A stretch of 64,000 nucleotides of DNA from an uncultured Gemmatimonadales bacterium (GTDB lineage: Bacteria; Gemmatimonadota; Gemmatimonadetes; Gemmatimonadales; GWC2-71-9), in contig CAWCVB010000014.1 of the NCBI GenBank assembly GCA_963798915.1, positions 128,001-192,000 on the forward strand, given 5' to 3'. Both the position numbers and the translations under genes were made by a program. The notes below the pieces were generated by a model. That model made no database searches, was not told the origin of the DNA, and saw only the letters and a program-made list of their open reading frames with translations. Below are positions 39,414-49,493 of this stretch, one piece after another (the stretch's first letter is position 1; the number at the start of each line of letters is the position of its first letter).

Positions 39414-41111
39414 TCAGTGTGCATCGGGTGCGCTCGTCCCGCAGATCTCCAGCGCGCGGCGCACCATGGTAAGGGCCAACTCGTGCTCACCCATCACCGC
39501 CAGACCGGTGCCGTTGGTCTCCAGCCAGACACGTTCCTCCTCGCTGTGCGTGCGGATCACTGCAGGGATCGTCGGGTTGAACCGCCTCGCGATCTCCGCG
39601 ATGGCGCGTGCCTGATAGGGATCGGGTGCGGCGATCAGGAGCAGCTTTGCGCGCTGCGGCTCGGCGATCTCGAGCACAGCGCTCCGCGCTGCGTTGCCGA
39701 ACACGGCACGCATTCCCCGTTCCGCCACCGCTTCAAACGCCGCCCGGTTCTGCTCCACCACTACGAACGGGATCTGCTGTTCCAGCAAGGCCTCGGCGAT
39801 GGTGCCGCCCACCCGGCCGAACCCAACCAGGATGACATGCTGCTCCAGCTGCTGCGCGTTCAGCCGGGCATCGGGTGGTTCATGGCTGTTTCGTTCGAGG
39901 AAGCCGGTCAGGCGGGGGTGGCCTTCCAGCCAATGTTCCGCGGCGGTGGCAAGCGAGAAGGCGAGCGGATTGACCGCGATGGTGAGCAGCGCGCCGGCCA
40001 CGATGAGGGTTTGCCCGGCTGGCGGCAGGATGCCGAGGGACACGGCGAGGGCCGCGAGGATGAAGGAGAATTCGCCGATCTGGGCGAGACTGGCAGCAAG
40101 CGTGAGTGCGGTGTGAATCGGATACCGGAAGAGAACAACAATGACGAAGGCGCCGAGACTCTTGCCAGCGAGAATGATCAGCACCACGGCCAGTACCTGA
40201 AGCGGCCGGTGCAGCAGGACCGCCGGGTCAAAGAGCATGCCGACCGCGACAAAGAACAGGACGGAGAAGGCATCCTGCAGCGGGAGCGCATCGGCCGCGG
40301 CTTCGTGACTCAGGTCCGAGCCGTTGACCACCATGCCGGCAAAGAATGCTCCCAGTGCGACCGACACTCCAAACAGAGCAGCCGCTCCGACAGCGGTGCC
40401 CATGGCCACGGTGAAGATGGACAGCGTGAAGAGTTCGCGTGATCCGGTACGGGCAACCCGCGTCAACAGCCACGGCACCAGCCGGCGTCCGACGGCGAAC
40501 ATCAGGCCAATGAAGAGCGCGACCTTGCCAATGGTGAGCAGGATCGTCCCGGCCAGCAGGGAACCGTTCGCGGCCGGGCCACCGGCGAGCGGAGCCGCCA
40601 GCGCGGGCAGCAGCACCAGCGCCAGCACCGCCGCAAGGTCTTCGACCACCAGCCAGCCCAGTGCGATCCGGCCATCGGCGGTGTCAAGACGGGCGCGATC
40701 CTCCAGCGCCCGCAGAAGCACCACGGTGCTCGCGACCGACAAGCACAAGCCAAAGACCAACCCTGAGGTCCAGGGCCAGCCCCAAAGCCGCGCCACGATG
40801 GCGCCGAATGCGGTGGCGAGTCCGATCTGCGCCGCCGCGCCCGGCACCGCAATGGTGCGGACGGCGAGCAGGTCACCGAGCGAGAATTGAAGTCCCACAC
40901 CGAACATCAGCAGGATGACGCCAACTTCGGCCAGCTGCTGCGCCAGCCCGATGTCGGCGGTGAATCCTGGCGTGTGCGGACCGATCAGGACCCCAGCCAC
41001 CAGATAACCCACCAGGGGAGGCAGCCGGAGCCGCAGCGCAAGCAGCCCCAGCAGGAAGGCCAGGCCCAGTCCGGTCGCGATCGTGGCGATGAGTGCCGTC
41101 TGATGCGGCAT
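39414..41111 (-). CDS. ybaL: CPA2 cation:proton antiporter with TrkA-N domain (YbaL/RosB-like)
   Basis: PPLVGYL, AEVGVILLMFGVGL, VASTVV, LAQIGEFSFIL, VGFGRVG. Confidence 0.9.
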   Translation of the reverse strand: MPHQTALIATIATGLGLAFLLGLLALRLRLPPLVGYLVAGVLIGPHTPGFTADIGLAQQLAEVGVILLMFGVGLQFSLGDLLAVRTIAVPGAAAQIGLATAFGAIVARLWGWPWTSGLVFGLCLSVASTVVLLRALEDRARLDTADGRIALGWLVVEDLAAVLALVLLPALAAPLAGGPAANGSLLAGTILLTIGKVALFIGLMFAVGRRLVPWLLTRVARTGSRELFTLSIFTVAMGTAVGAAALFGVSVALGAFFAGMVVNGSDLSHEAAADALPLQDAFSVLFFVAVGMLFDPAVLLHRPLQVLAVVLIILAGKSLGAFVIVVLFRYPIHTALTLAASLAQIGEFSFILAALAVSLGILPPAGQTLIVAGALLTIAVNPLAFSLATAAEHWLEGHPRLTGFLERNSHEPPDARLNAQQLEQHVILVGFGRVGGTIAEALLEQQIPFVVVEQNRAAFEAVAERGMRAVFGNAARSAVLEIAEPQRAKLLLIAAPDPYQARAIAEIARRFNPTIPAVIRTHSEEERVWLETNGTGLAVMGEHELALTMVRRALEICGTSAPDAH

Positions 41112-41282
41112 CGTGAGCTCTTGGAGGGGTGGAGACGTGGGTGGCTTGCGCCCGTACGCCGGCAAAGATAACGTGGCATGACGGGCGCAGGCGGTGAGCG
41201 TACCCCGTGCGTGCGCCATTCAACCGCATTTTGACGAGCTCGGCCGCGCCGGTTCACTGCGTTGCTGGCTCGGGAGGGATAT

Positions 41283-41783
41283 ATGTCCGATGCGTCCCAG
41301 CCCGGTTTCTCCGGAGTCCTCCAGCCCGACTCGCCGGCCCCCGACTTTACCCTGCAGGACGGTCCCGACCGCACCATCTCACTGCGCGACTGGCGAGGGC
41401 ATCCGGTGGTCCTGGCCTTCTACCCGGCAGATTTCAGTCCCGTCTGCGGCGACCAGATCGCACTCTACAATGAGCTGCTTCCCCAATTTGAAGCCCACGA
41501 CGCGAAGATTGCCGGCATCTCCGTCGACGGCGTCTGGTGCCACGCTGCCTTTGCCAAGGCGCGCAACATCCACTTCCCGCTGCTGAGCGATTTCGAGCCC
41601 AAGGGCGAGATTGCCCGCCGCTACGGCGCGTATCGTGATGCAGACGGCGTCTGCGAGCGGGCGCTCTTCGTGCTTGACGCGGAGGGTGTCATTCAGTGGA
41701 GCTATCTCTCGCCCATCGGCGAGAACCCGGGCGCAGACGGAATTCTGACGGCGCTCGAGTCGCTTGCGGTCCGGCGCGCGTGA
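41283..41783 (+). CDS. AhpC/TSA-family peroxiredoxin-like protein (AhpE-like)
   Basis: APDFTL, FYPADFSPVC, GISVD, PLLSDF, ERALFV. Confidence 0.88.
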   Translation: MSDASQPGFSGVLQPDSPAPDFTLQDGPDRTISLRDWRGHPVVLAFYPADFSPVCGDQIALYNELLPQFEAHDAKIAGISVDGVWCHAAFAKARNIHFPLLSDFEPKGEIARRYGAYRDADGVCERALFVLDAEGVIQWSYLSPIGENPGADGILTALESLAVRRA

Positions 41784-42340
41784 CCACGGGGCTCACGCGA
41801 GCAGTCAGCTCCAGGGATCATGTCGAGGGACCCGCGGATGCGCCGGTCACGCTGGTCGAGTACGGCGACTTCGAGTGCCCGCATTGCGGTCGGGCCTATC
41901 CGGTAGTGCAGGCAGTCCAGCAACGGCTGGGCCGGAAGCTCCGCTTTGTTTTCCGTCATTTTCCGTTGCGCGAATCTCATACGCACGCGGAGCACGCCGC
42001 TGAGGCCGCGGAAACGGCCGGCGCGCACGGCGAGTTCTGGGCCATGCACGACATGCTTTTCGAGCACCAGGACCGCCTCGATGACGACGCCTTGGCGGAA
42101 TATGCCGGCCGGATCGGCCTGGACCCGGACGAAGTCGCCGAGCATCTCGCCAGCGGCGCCCATGAGTCGAGGGTGCGTGAAGATTTCATGGACGGCGTGC
42201 GGAGCGGCGTGAACGGGACGCCCACATTCTTCATCAATGGCACTCGATTTGACGGCGACTGGTCGACGGCCGACACATTCGTTCAGGCGCTGCAGGACCC
42301 AGCGGGCACGCAGCACGGGGAGCCGCGCAGCCAGACGTGA
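41780..42340 (+). CDS. Cytoplasmic DsbA-family thioredoxin
   Basis: GTG overlaps upstream stop; VEYGDFECPHC, FRHFPL, GVNGTPTFFING; no signal peptide. Confidence 0.9.
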   Translation: MTTGLTRAVSSRDHVEGPADAPVTLVEYGDFECPHCGRAYPVVQAVQQRLGRKLRFVFRHFPLRESHTHAEHAAEAAETAGAHGEFWAMHDMLFEHQDRLDDDALAEYAGRIGLDPDEVAEHLASGAHESRVREDFMDGVRSGVNGTPTFFINGTRFDGDWSTADTFVQALQDPAGTQHGEPRSQT

Positions 42341-42981
42341 ACGCTCCCGTGCAAGGTGAGCTGGCCGGTTTTGTGCACCGCTTTGTTCCGCCGGATGCGA
42401 TGGCCGGACCGCACTCGGGCACCACGCTGCTGCTTCTTCACGGCACTGGTGGGGACGAAGATGACCTCATTCCGCTGGGGCGGGCGCTCGCGCCGGGCGC
42501 GGCATTGCTGAGCCCTCGCGGCAGTGTGCTTGAACTCGGGGCCCCGCGATTCTTCCGGCGCCTGACCGAGGGCGTCTTTGACATGGAGGACCTGCGGGTC
42601 CGCACGGCGGAACTCGCTGAGTTCATAGCCGAGGCCAGCGACCGTTACGCGCTGGAGAGCGACAACCTCGTCGCTGTCGGTTTTTCCAACGGTGCGAACA
42701 TCCTCGCCAGCATGCTGCTGCGTGGGCAAGGAGGACTCCGCCGTGCGGTGCTGCTGAGCCCGATGCTGCCGTATGAACCTGCGGACGTGGCCGACCTCCA
42801 TGGTACGCGGGTCTTCATCGGCGCCGGGGCCGCCGACCCGATCGCGCCCGCACCTCAGGTGGATCACCTGGCGCAGGTGCTGCGCTCGGCTGGCGCTGAG
42901 GTGGCGCTCGACTGGCAGCCGGGTGGCCACTCCATCACGACGGCGGAAGTGGAGGCGGCGCGCCGCTGGATCGGCGAGTGA
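42337..42981 (+). CDS. Alpha/beta hydrolase, MhqD-like carboxylesterase
   Basis: LLLHGTGGDE, PRFFRR, GFSNGAN, DP, GGH. Confidence 0.9.
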   Translation: MNAPVQGELAGFVHRFVPPDAMAGPHSGTTLLLLHGTGGDEDDLIPLGRALAPGAALLSPRGSVLELGAPRFFRRLTEGVFDMEDLRVRTAELAEFIAEASDRYALESDNLVAVGFSNGANILASMLLRGQGGLRRAVLLSPMLPYEPADVADLHGTRVFIGAGAADPIAPAPQVDHLAQVLRSAGAEVALDWQPGGHSITTAEVEAARRWIGE

Positions 42982-43009
42982 TTGTCCAACGCTGAGAGTG
43001 GAGGATGCC

Positions 43010-43354
43010 ATGAGTAACGTGCGGGCTGCCCGGGGAGTGGCGGCCGGTCTGGCCGTGGTGCTGGTCCTGGCGGCGTGCCGGAGCAGCGGCGCCGAGTGGA
43101 CGACCGTGACGTCGACGCCTGACGGATCCGGCCCGACGCTGCACATCACGGGCATCATCCGCTACTCGGAGGTTGAGGGCGGGGTGTACACCATTCTCTC
43201 AGCCGACAGTGTCACCTACAATCCCATCAACCTGCCGGCTGCGTACCAGCGGGACGGTCTGGCCATCGAGGCCGAGGGCCGTACCCGCAATGACATGGCC
43301 GGGATTCACCAGGTGGGGCCGCTGCTCGAAATGCAGCGGATTCGGCGGCGGTGA
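43010..43354 (+). CDS. Hypothetical lipoprotein
   Basis: GGAGG RBS; lipobox LAAC; ITGIIRYSEVEGG...YNPINLP. Confidence 0.7.
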   Translation: MSNVRAARGVAAGLAVVLVLAACRSSGAEWTTVTSTPDGSGPTLHITGIIRYSEVEGGVYTILSADSVTYNPINLPAAYQRDGLAIEAEGRTRNDMAGIHQVGPLLEMQRIRRR

Positions 43355-43399
43355 GCCGGCGGCTTCGCTTGTCGTCACGCCCCCGCGGCTGGGGGCGGC

Positions 43400-44011
43400 G
43401 TGGCACGGGTGTCGAGTGTGAACGTGCCACCTGAAGGAGAGGGCGGGCACTGGGTCGTTGCGCGCATCGGACCGTCTGGCTTCCGGACGGAGCTGGAGGC
43501 CCGATCGCACGGACTCGTCGCCGACGAGCCAGTGCCGCTTGGCGGAACAGACCGTGGTCCGACTCCTTATGAGCTGCTGCTCGGGGCGCTGGGCAGCTGC
43601 ACCGCGATGACGCTGCGGATGTATGCCGACCGCAAGGAATGGCCGCTGGAGACCGTCGAGGTCCGACTCCGCACCAGCCATTCGCACGAAACCGACTGCG
43701 CCGAGTGCGAGGTGGCAGATGTTGGCATCACCACGCTGGAGCGGGAGATCGACTTCACCGGTGCGCTCAACGACGAGCAGCGCGGCCGGTTGCTGGAGAT
43801 TGCCGATCGTTGCCCCGTCAAGCAGACGCTCGAACGCGGCGTGCGATCGGCGGAGGCGCTTGAACGCAACGCTCCGGGTCAGCCCGCGGCGTACAGGTCC
43901 GCGCGTGTGGGCGGAAGCGGCACCATCCCCTCCGCATCCGGGCGGGCCAGCAGCGCCTGCACTAGTCCCAGCCGTCCGGCGGCAAACTGCCTGGCCGAAT
44001 TGGCCATGTAG
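43400..44011 (+). CDS. OsmC-family protein (true stop possibly 43863)
   Basis: ADEP...GG.D.GPTPYELLLGALGSCT and IADRCPV. The tail overlapping cfa looks like read-through after a 1-nt deletion near 43845. Confidence 0.85.
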   Translation: MARVSSVNVPPEGEGGHWVVARIGPSGFRTELEARSHGLVADEPVPLGGTDRGPTPYELLLGALGSCTAMTLRMYADRKEWPLETVEVRLRTSHSHETDCAECEVADVGITTLEREIDFTGALNDEQRGRLLEIADRCPVKQTLERGVRSAEALERNAPGQPAAYRSARVGGSGTIPSASGRASSACTSPSRPAANCLAELAM

Positions 44012-45259
44012 ATGCGCCAGGTGCGATACGTCTCAGCGGAGGTGAGCGCCATCGCCTCCTCGCGCGCATGCTCCAGTCTCCGCACCCAGTGTCGCAGCGT
44101 CAGCGCGTAGTGCTCCCGGAGCGACTCAACGTCGCGCGTCTCGAAGCCCTGCCGCTCAGCCACCGCAAGCATCGGCCCCAGCAAGGGCAGCTGGCCATCG
44201 GGGAACACGTGGCGGTCGGTGAAGCGGCCTTCCCGCCACAGTCGCTTCCGGATGCCGCGCTTTCCGCTGGCCGGGTCCTGACCGCTCACGATGCAGTGAT
44301 TCAGGAAGAGGCCGCCGGGCCGGAGCGCGGCCCACGCGGCCGCGAAATAGTCGGCCAGCCGCTCGCGGCCCACATGCTCGCACATGCCCACGCTCACCAC
44401 CTTGTCGAAGGGCGGGAGCCCGGCCAGTGAGCGATAGTCACGCACCTCCACGATGCATCGATCGGCCAAGCCCGCATCCCGGATCCGGTCGCTCGCCCAG
44501 TCAGCCTGCGACGGGCTGAGCGTGATGCCGAAGGCCTGGACGCCGTATTCTCTTGCGGCATGGAGAATCAGTCCGCCCCAGCCACAGCCGATGTCCAGCA
44601 GGCGCTCGCCAGAACGAAGCCTCAGCTTGCGACAGATGTGATCGAGCTTGGCCCGCTGGGCCTCTGCCAGGGATTCCACTCCGGTCGGGAAACAGGCGCA
44701 GGAGTAGACCATCGCCGGGTCGAGCCAGAGCGCATAGAACTCATTGCCCAGATCGTAGTGCGACTGAATCGCTTCGGCGTCGCGCCGCAGGCTGTGACGC
44801 CGGCCCGTGCGCCGACCTGAACGGATGGCTGGCTTCTCGCGCGCCGGAGGCCGCGGGAGTCGCCGGACCAGCCGCAGCGCCCGGAGCGCGAAGCGGAGGG
44901 AACTGAAGCGATCGCGCAGGGACTCACCCAGGTCGCGTTGCCTTCTCGAGATCGCCCTCGATCTCGAACTCACCTCCCACGAAGGCCTCGCCGAGCCGCA
45001 GCTGGGACGGTGGAAGCAACATCGCACGCAGTGAAGAGGGTCGGAGCAGGACCAAAGTGAATTGCGGAGACCGCCCGGGCGGTGCGTCGACCGTGCCTGT
45101 GTCCCAGAAGCGAACCGCAAAGGTCCGGCGCTCGACCGGCCCGAACAGGAACGACAATGCAGCGCGGGTGTGGGCGAGTGCGCCTGACGCCCCGGGCCGG
45201 GCAGGCTGTGCGGCAGGTGCGGGCTGACGGCGAACGGACTGCGAAACTACGCTGCTCAT
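43879..45259 (-). pseudogene. cfa: Cyclopropane-fatty-acyl-phospholipid synthase, frameshifted near 44935 as sequenced
   Basis: N-part LGEAFVGGEFEIEGDL in one frame after a GGGAGG RBS; HYDLGNEFY, YSCA, LLDIGCGWG, SVGMCEHVG, HYALTL in another. Confidence 0.88.
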
Positions 45260-45354
45260 GGTTTCCTCCCGGCCGCGCCCAGCCGGCGCGGCCGTTGCTC
45301 AACTTGTCTTTCAGGCTCGCATGGAACGCGTCATCACGCAAGCACCCCTCGCGG

Positions 45355-45723
45355 AGTGTCCCGCACCTCGGGGAAGGCGCGGCCATCTTCAATACCGGCT
45401 CGGTGACCGGCATTGAGGGCAGTCCTGGCTTGGTGGACTACTCGACGACCAAGGGAGCAATTCACACGTTCACGCGCTCATTGTCGGAAAACTTGCTGCA
45501 GAAGGGAATTCGGGGGAGTGCGGTGGCGCCCGGGCCGATATGGACGCCGCTCAACCCTTCGGACGTACCGCCGGGGAAGGTGGCGAAATTCGGGGCTTCG
45601 GTACCGATGGGGCGGCCGGCACAACCAGAGGAACGGGCGCCCGCCTACGTGTTTCTCGCGGCCCCCAGTTGCTCCAGCTACATCACCGGGGAGATCCTGC
45701 CGGTCATCGGAGGATATTCGTGA
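45355..45723 (+). pseudogene. C-terminal fragment of an SDR oxidoreductase (YdaD/YghA-like)
   Basis: NTGS, YSTTK, VAPGPIWTPL, PMGRPAQPEE, SYITG are present, but the TGxxxGIG Rossmann N-half and a plausible start are absent. Confidence 0.8.
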
Positions 45724-45732
45724 AGACGCCCC

Positions 45733-46185
45733 TCAGACTCCCTTTTCTGCCAGCAGCTCCAGAAATTGCGCTGGCGACTGCACCTCGCCCAGGCGACCCG
45801 GTACATCGGTCTCCTTGACCAGCTGTGCGATGCGTCCCAGAACCGGGAGGTAATCGTTGGAGATCTCGATCGGCGGGGCCACCAGGAGAAAGACGTAGAA
45901 GACAGGCTGGCTATCGACCGCGTCAAATTCAACGCCGGCGGGCTGGCGACCGAACACGATGCGGAGCTGGTTCACCACGGCGGTACGGCAATGCGGGATG
46001 GCAACGCCACGGCCGATGCCGGTCGAGCCGAGGTGCTCCCGCCGCTGGAGAACGCGGAGCACGAACGTTTCGTCGGCGGAAGCAAGGCCCAGGCTGGCAA
46101 CCAGGGCTGCCAGCACTTCGTCCTTTGAAGCTCCGGTCAACTGCAGATGAATGTCGGATTCGCGGACGAAATCACTCAGGACCAT
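45733..46185 (-). CDS. PTS EIIA domain protein (Ntr/fructose type)
   Basis: RREHLGSTGIGRGVAIPHCR with the phospho-His; FDAVDSQPV. Confidence 0.92.
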   Translation of the reverse strand: MVLSDFVRESDIHLQLTGASKDEVLAALVASLGLASADETFVLRVLQRREHLGSTGIGRGVAIPHCRTAVVNQLRIVFGRQPAGVEFDAVDSQPVFYVFLLVAPPIEISNDYLPVLGRIAQLVKETDVPGRLGEVQSPAQFLELLAEKGV

Positions 46186-46270
46186 GACAGCTGGACTCCG
46201 GCGTGGATGGGCGGGCAACGAACCGGGAAGTATGAAGCAGAACGGGTGCCGGGGGAAGTGGTGTGCCGGC

Positions 46271-47632
46271 TCAGTGCAGCGCTTCGGCCAGCGGAGGATC
46301 GAGAGCGTAGATGTCGCCGAGGTACTCAACCTCCCCGTCTGGCCTGGCGACAGCGGTCACATAGACGATCACCACAGGTATCGGCCGGCTGATCTGGACC
46401 CGGATGGTTTCCGGACCGTCCAGTGCCTCGCGCACACGCTCCGGTGTCCAGTCCGGCTCATCCTGCAGGACCCACTCCGCCAGTTGTCCCGCCTGCTCCA
46501 CCCGGATGCAGCCATGGCTCAGGTCCCGGCGTTCCCTGGCGAACAGCTCGGGGGAAGGGGTGTCATGCAAGTACACGCTGGCCGCGTTCGGGAAGAGAAA
46601 CTTGACTCTGCCCAGCGCGTTGCTGCGTGACGGTCGCTGCCGAAGGCTGTAGGTGCCTCGCGCAATCGCGTCAATCAGCTCCGGGCTGCCCCAGTCACCC
46701 ACCACCTCCTCGCGGCCATTCACGGCTTCCATCTGGTGGGCCCGGAGGTAGCCGGAGTTCTTGCGAAGCGCTGGCAGAATTTCGCCGGTCGCGATGCTTC
46801 GCGGAATATTCCAGTAGGGCCAGAACTCCACCCTGGTTATCTGGCCCATCAGCACCGGCGTACGGGTCTTGTCCGCGTCGCCGACGATGACCCGTGACTC
46901 CAGGGCGGAATGAAAGTCGACGCCGGCTCGCTCCAACGCGAAGAGTGTGTACGACGGCACGTTCACGACCACCAGCCGCTGTGCCGGATCCCGAGGCAGC
47001 CAGCGAAGCCGTTCCAGCGCGAGTTGGAGCTTGAGGATGCGGGATGCTTCGGAAGCATTCGTCGTGACATGGCGGGCCTGCTCCTGGCGCAGCGCCTGCT
47101 GGAGCCGCCGATACTGGGCGAACGGCGGCTGCATCTCACGCTCCAGCTCCGCGATGCTGTCGGCCGCGAGAGCTCGAAGCAGCATCAGCGCCAGCTCGTC
47201 GCCGGCCAGGGTGTCGCGAGTGAGGGCGGATGGCCGGGCTCGGCCGAGCCGGAGGTCATGCATGTACGCCAGCAGGCCGCGGGTGAGCGCGACATCTGCA
47301 TCAGCCAGACGGGCGGCTCCGACCGCAAGCGCCGCCCACGGTGACTCCGCCGAATCCAGCCGCGATACGTCGTAGTGGGCTGGATCGAGTCCATGCTCGG
47401 CGCTCCGGCGCAGGAGCGCGAGTGCCTCCTGGCCTGCATGGTTGAGGCCGCTGGCGCCAGTCCAGCGCGGCCTGAACCCACCGCTCCGGTAGAACGTCTC
47501 GACTTGAGGATCGATCGGGCGCGCGCGGTCGAGCGCCGCCGAAATCAGGGTTGAATCGGCATCCTGCGCCAGCAGGGCTGAAGGCGTGGCCAGGAGCACG
47601 CCGGCAAGAAGCAGTAAGGAGCGGGCAGTCAT
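46271..47632 (-). CDS. L,D-transpeptidase, YcbB/LdtD-like
   Basis: LERLRW, VVVNVP, PYWNIP, NALGRVKFLFPN, YLHDTP...LSHGCIR; signal peptide. Confidence 0.92.
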   Translation of the reverse strand: MTARSLLLLAGVLLATPSALLAQDADSTLISAALDRARPIDPQVETFYRSGGFRPRWTGASGLNHAGQEALALLRRSAEHGLDPAHYDVSRLDSAESPWAALAVGAARLADADVALTRGLLAYMHDLRLGRARPSALTRDTLAGDELALMLLRALAADSIAELEREMQPPFAQYRRLQQALRQEQARHVTTNASEASRILKLQLALERLRWLPRDPAQRLVVVNVPSYTLFALERAGVDFHSALESRVIVGDADKTRTPVLMGQITRVEFWPYWNIPRSIATGEILPALRKNSGYLRAHQMEAVNGREEVVGDWGSPELIDAIARGTYSLRQRPSRSNALGRVKFLFPNAASVYLHDTPSPELFARERRDLSHGCIRVEQAGQLAEWVLQDEPDWTPERVREALDGPETIRVQISRPIPVVIVYVTAVARPDGEVEYLGDIYALDPPLAEALH

Positions 47633-47792
47633 CGCATTGTCCTGCCTGGAGGATACCGCCCCAAGGATGAAGCAGGGGTGAAGCCCGGCGCAAAGGCGCT
47701 TCAGGTCATCGGTTGGTTCCGTCGGCGTGAGGGAAGTAACTTGCACCTGCCCCCCGATCCGGAGCCAGCGAAAACCCGTGCAAGGGACACCA

Positions 47793-49403
47793 ATGGACCG
47801 ACGCGCCTTCGTCGTCTCATCCAGCGCCGCGATCACGGCCGTTGCATCACCCGCACTGATTCGCGTCCAGCGCCACGACCATGACCTGATCATTCGTGGA
47901 GGGTCGGTCTTCGATGGTCTCGGCGCCGGGCCCGTCGAGCAGGACCTGGCAATCAGTCAGGGGCGAATTGTCGGCCTTGCCACGCGGATTTCCGGCCGAG
48001 CCGCGCACGAAATCGATGCCAGTGGCCTTGCAGTAGCACCGGGATTCATTGACATCCATTCGCATGTGGATGGTTCACTCCGGGCGGACTGGCGCGCCGA
48101 ATCCGCCATTCGCCAGGGCATCACCACGATCGTCGCCGGCCAGGATGGCAGTTCGCAGGCAACCGGTGCCACCGATGACTCCTTTGCCGCGATGCTTCGC
48201 GACATTGAGACGCTGACACCGGCCGTCAATGTCGCTTCGATGGTTGGGCTTGGGTCCATCCGGGGCAAGGTGATCGGGAATGACGATCGGCCGGCGACAC
48301 CCGCCGAAGTTGCAGCGATGACTGCGATGGTGGAACGCTCGCTGGCTGACGGCGCCTGCGGGGCCTCGTCGGGCCTGGAGTATACCCCGGGGGGTTTTGC
48401 GTCCAGGGAGGAACTCGTCGCGCTCTGCCGGCCGCTGGCGGGCCGGAAGCTTCCCTACGCCACCCACATGCGCAATGAGGACGATCATGTCCTTGAGGCA
48501 ATCGACGAGGCCATTGCCGTGGCCGAGGGCGCGCACTGCCCGCTGGAGATATCCCACCTCAAGATGCAAGGGCAGGCAAACTGGTCGAAACTCGACGATG
48601 CCTTCGCCCGCATCTCGGCCGCCAACGGCCGTGGCATGGACGTGACGTTCGATCGGTATCCCTACCTGGCCTATTCCACCGGACTCACCAACCTGTTCCC
48701 GATCTGGAGTCGCGATGGTGGCATCGCCGCCTTTCTGGGTCGGCTCGACGATCCCTCGGTTGCGCCGCGCATCCGGGAGGCGACCCTGGCCAAGGTGGCG
48801 GGACTGGGCGGCTGGGATCATGTCGAAGTGACGTCAGTACGCGATTCAGCTGATCGCGCGGTCGAAGGAGCCCGGCTCGGCAGCTTCGCCGCATCATTGG
48901 GCCAGGATCCCTACCAGACGGCCGTGGCGCTGCTCCGGCGCAGCAATGGGGGCGTGGGCATGGTCGGCTTTGCCATGAGTGAGGCAAATCTCGAGCGCAT
49001 CCTCGCCCATCCACTCGCAACGGTCTGCACCGACGGCAGCGGCTTTGCGATTGATGGCCCCACCAGGCGGGGCAGCCCCCATCCCAGGGGCGTCGGGAGC
49101 TGCGCGCGGGTGCTGGGTCGCTACGTGCGGGAGCGGAAAGCGCTCACCCTGCCGGACGCGATCGCGAAGATGTCCTCGCACGTGGCTCGGCGGCTGAAGC
49201 TTCGAGATCGCGGACGGCTGGCGACCGGGCTGGCCGGCGACGTGGTGGTCTTCGATCCCGCGACCATTGCCGACGTGGCCACCTTCGAGAATCCCTTCCA
49301 GTACCCGGCCGGGATGCGCGCGGTGATCGTCAACGGCGTTGTGGCCCTGGAAGCGGGCGAGCGGCGGGGCCGGGGCGAGGGCCGCGCGCTGCGCCCGGCC
49401 TGA
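47793..49403 (+). CDS. N-acyl-D-amino-acid deacylase (amidohydrolase), Tat-exported
   Basis: MDRRAF twin-arginine signal; APGFIDIHSH, THMRNE, ISHLK, CTDG, PHPRG. Confidence 0.9.
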   Translation: MDRRAFVVSSSAAITAVASPALIRVQRHDHDLIIRGGSVFDGLGAGPVEQDLAISQGRIVGLATRISGRAAHEIDASGLAVAPGFIDIHSHVDGSLRADWRAESAIRQGITTIVAGQDGSSQATGATDDSFAAMLRDIETLTPAVNVASMVGLGSIRGKVIGNDDRPATPAEVAAMTAMVERSLADGACGASSGLEYTPGGFASREELVALCRPLAGRKLPYATHMRNEDDHVLEAIDEAIAVAEGAHCPLEISHLKMQGQANWSKLDDAFARISAANGRGMDVTFDRYPYLAYSTGLTNLFPIWSRDGGIAAFLGRLDDPSVAPRIREATLAKVAGLGGWDHVEVTSVRDSADRAVEGARLGSFAASLGQDPYQTAVALLRRSNGGVGMVGFAMSEANLERILAHPLATVCTDGSGFAIDGPTRRGSPHPRGVGSCARVLGRYVRERKALTLPDAIAKMSSHVARRLKLRDRGRLATGLAGDVVVFDPATIADVATFENPFQYPAGMRAVIVNGVVALEAGERRGRGEGRALRPA

Positions 49404-49448
49404 CATCGCTGCCCGGCCCGCCGCCGCCCATTGGCGACTGATCCGAGA

Positions 49449-49460
49449 ATCGTATACAAT
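49449..49460. promoter_or_regulatory. GntR (FadR/HypR-type) operator
   Basis: ATCGTATACAAT, a near-perfect ATTGTATACAAT palindrome upstream of the peptidase-GntR-Hyp operon. Confidence 0.65.
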
Positions 49461-49493
49461 ATCCCATTCCCAGACTGGAGGCAGGTGATGCAC

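Noticed and set aside
41174..41189. TGGCATGACGGGCGCA as a sigma54 promoter for the peroxiredoxin operon
   Set aside because: GG-N10-GC spacing is right but the -12 element lacks TT; weak evidence.
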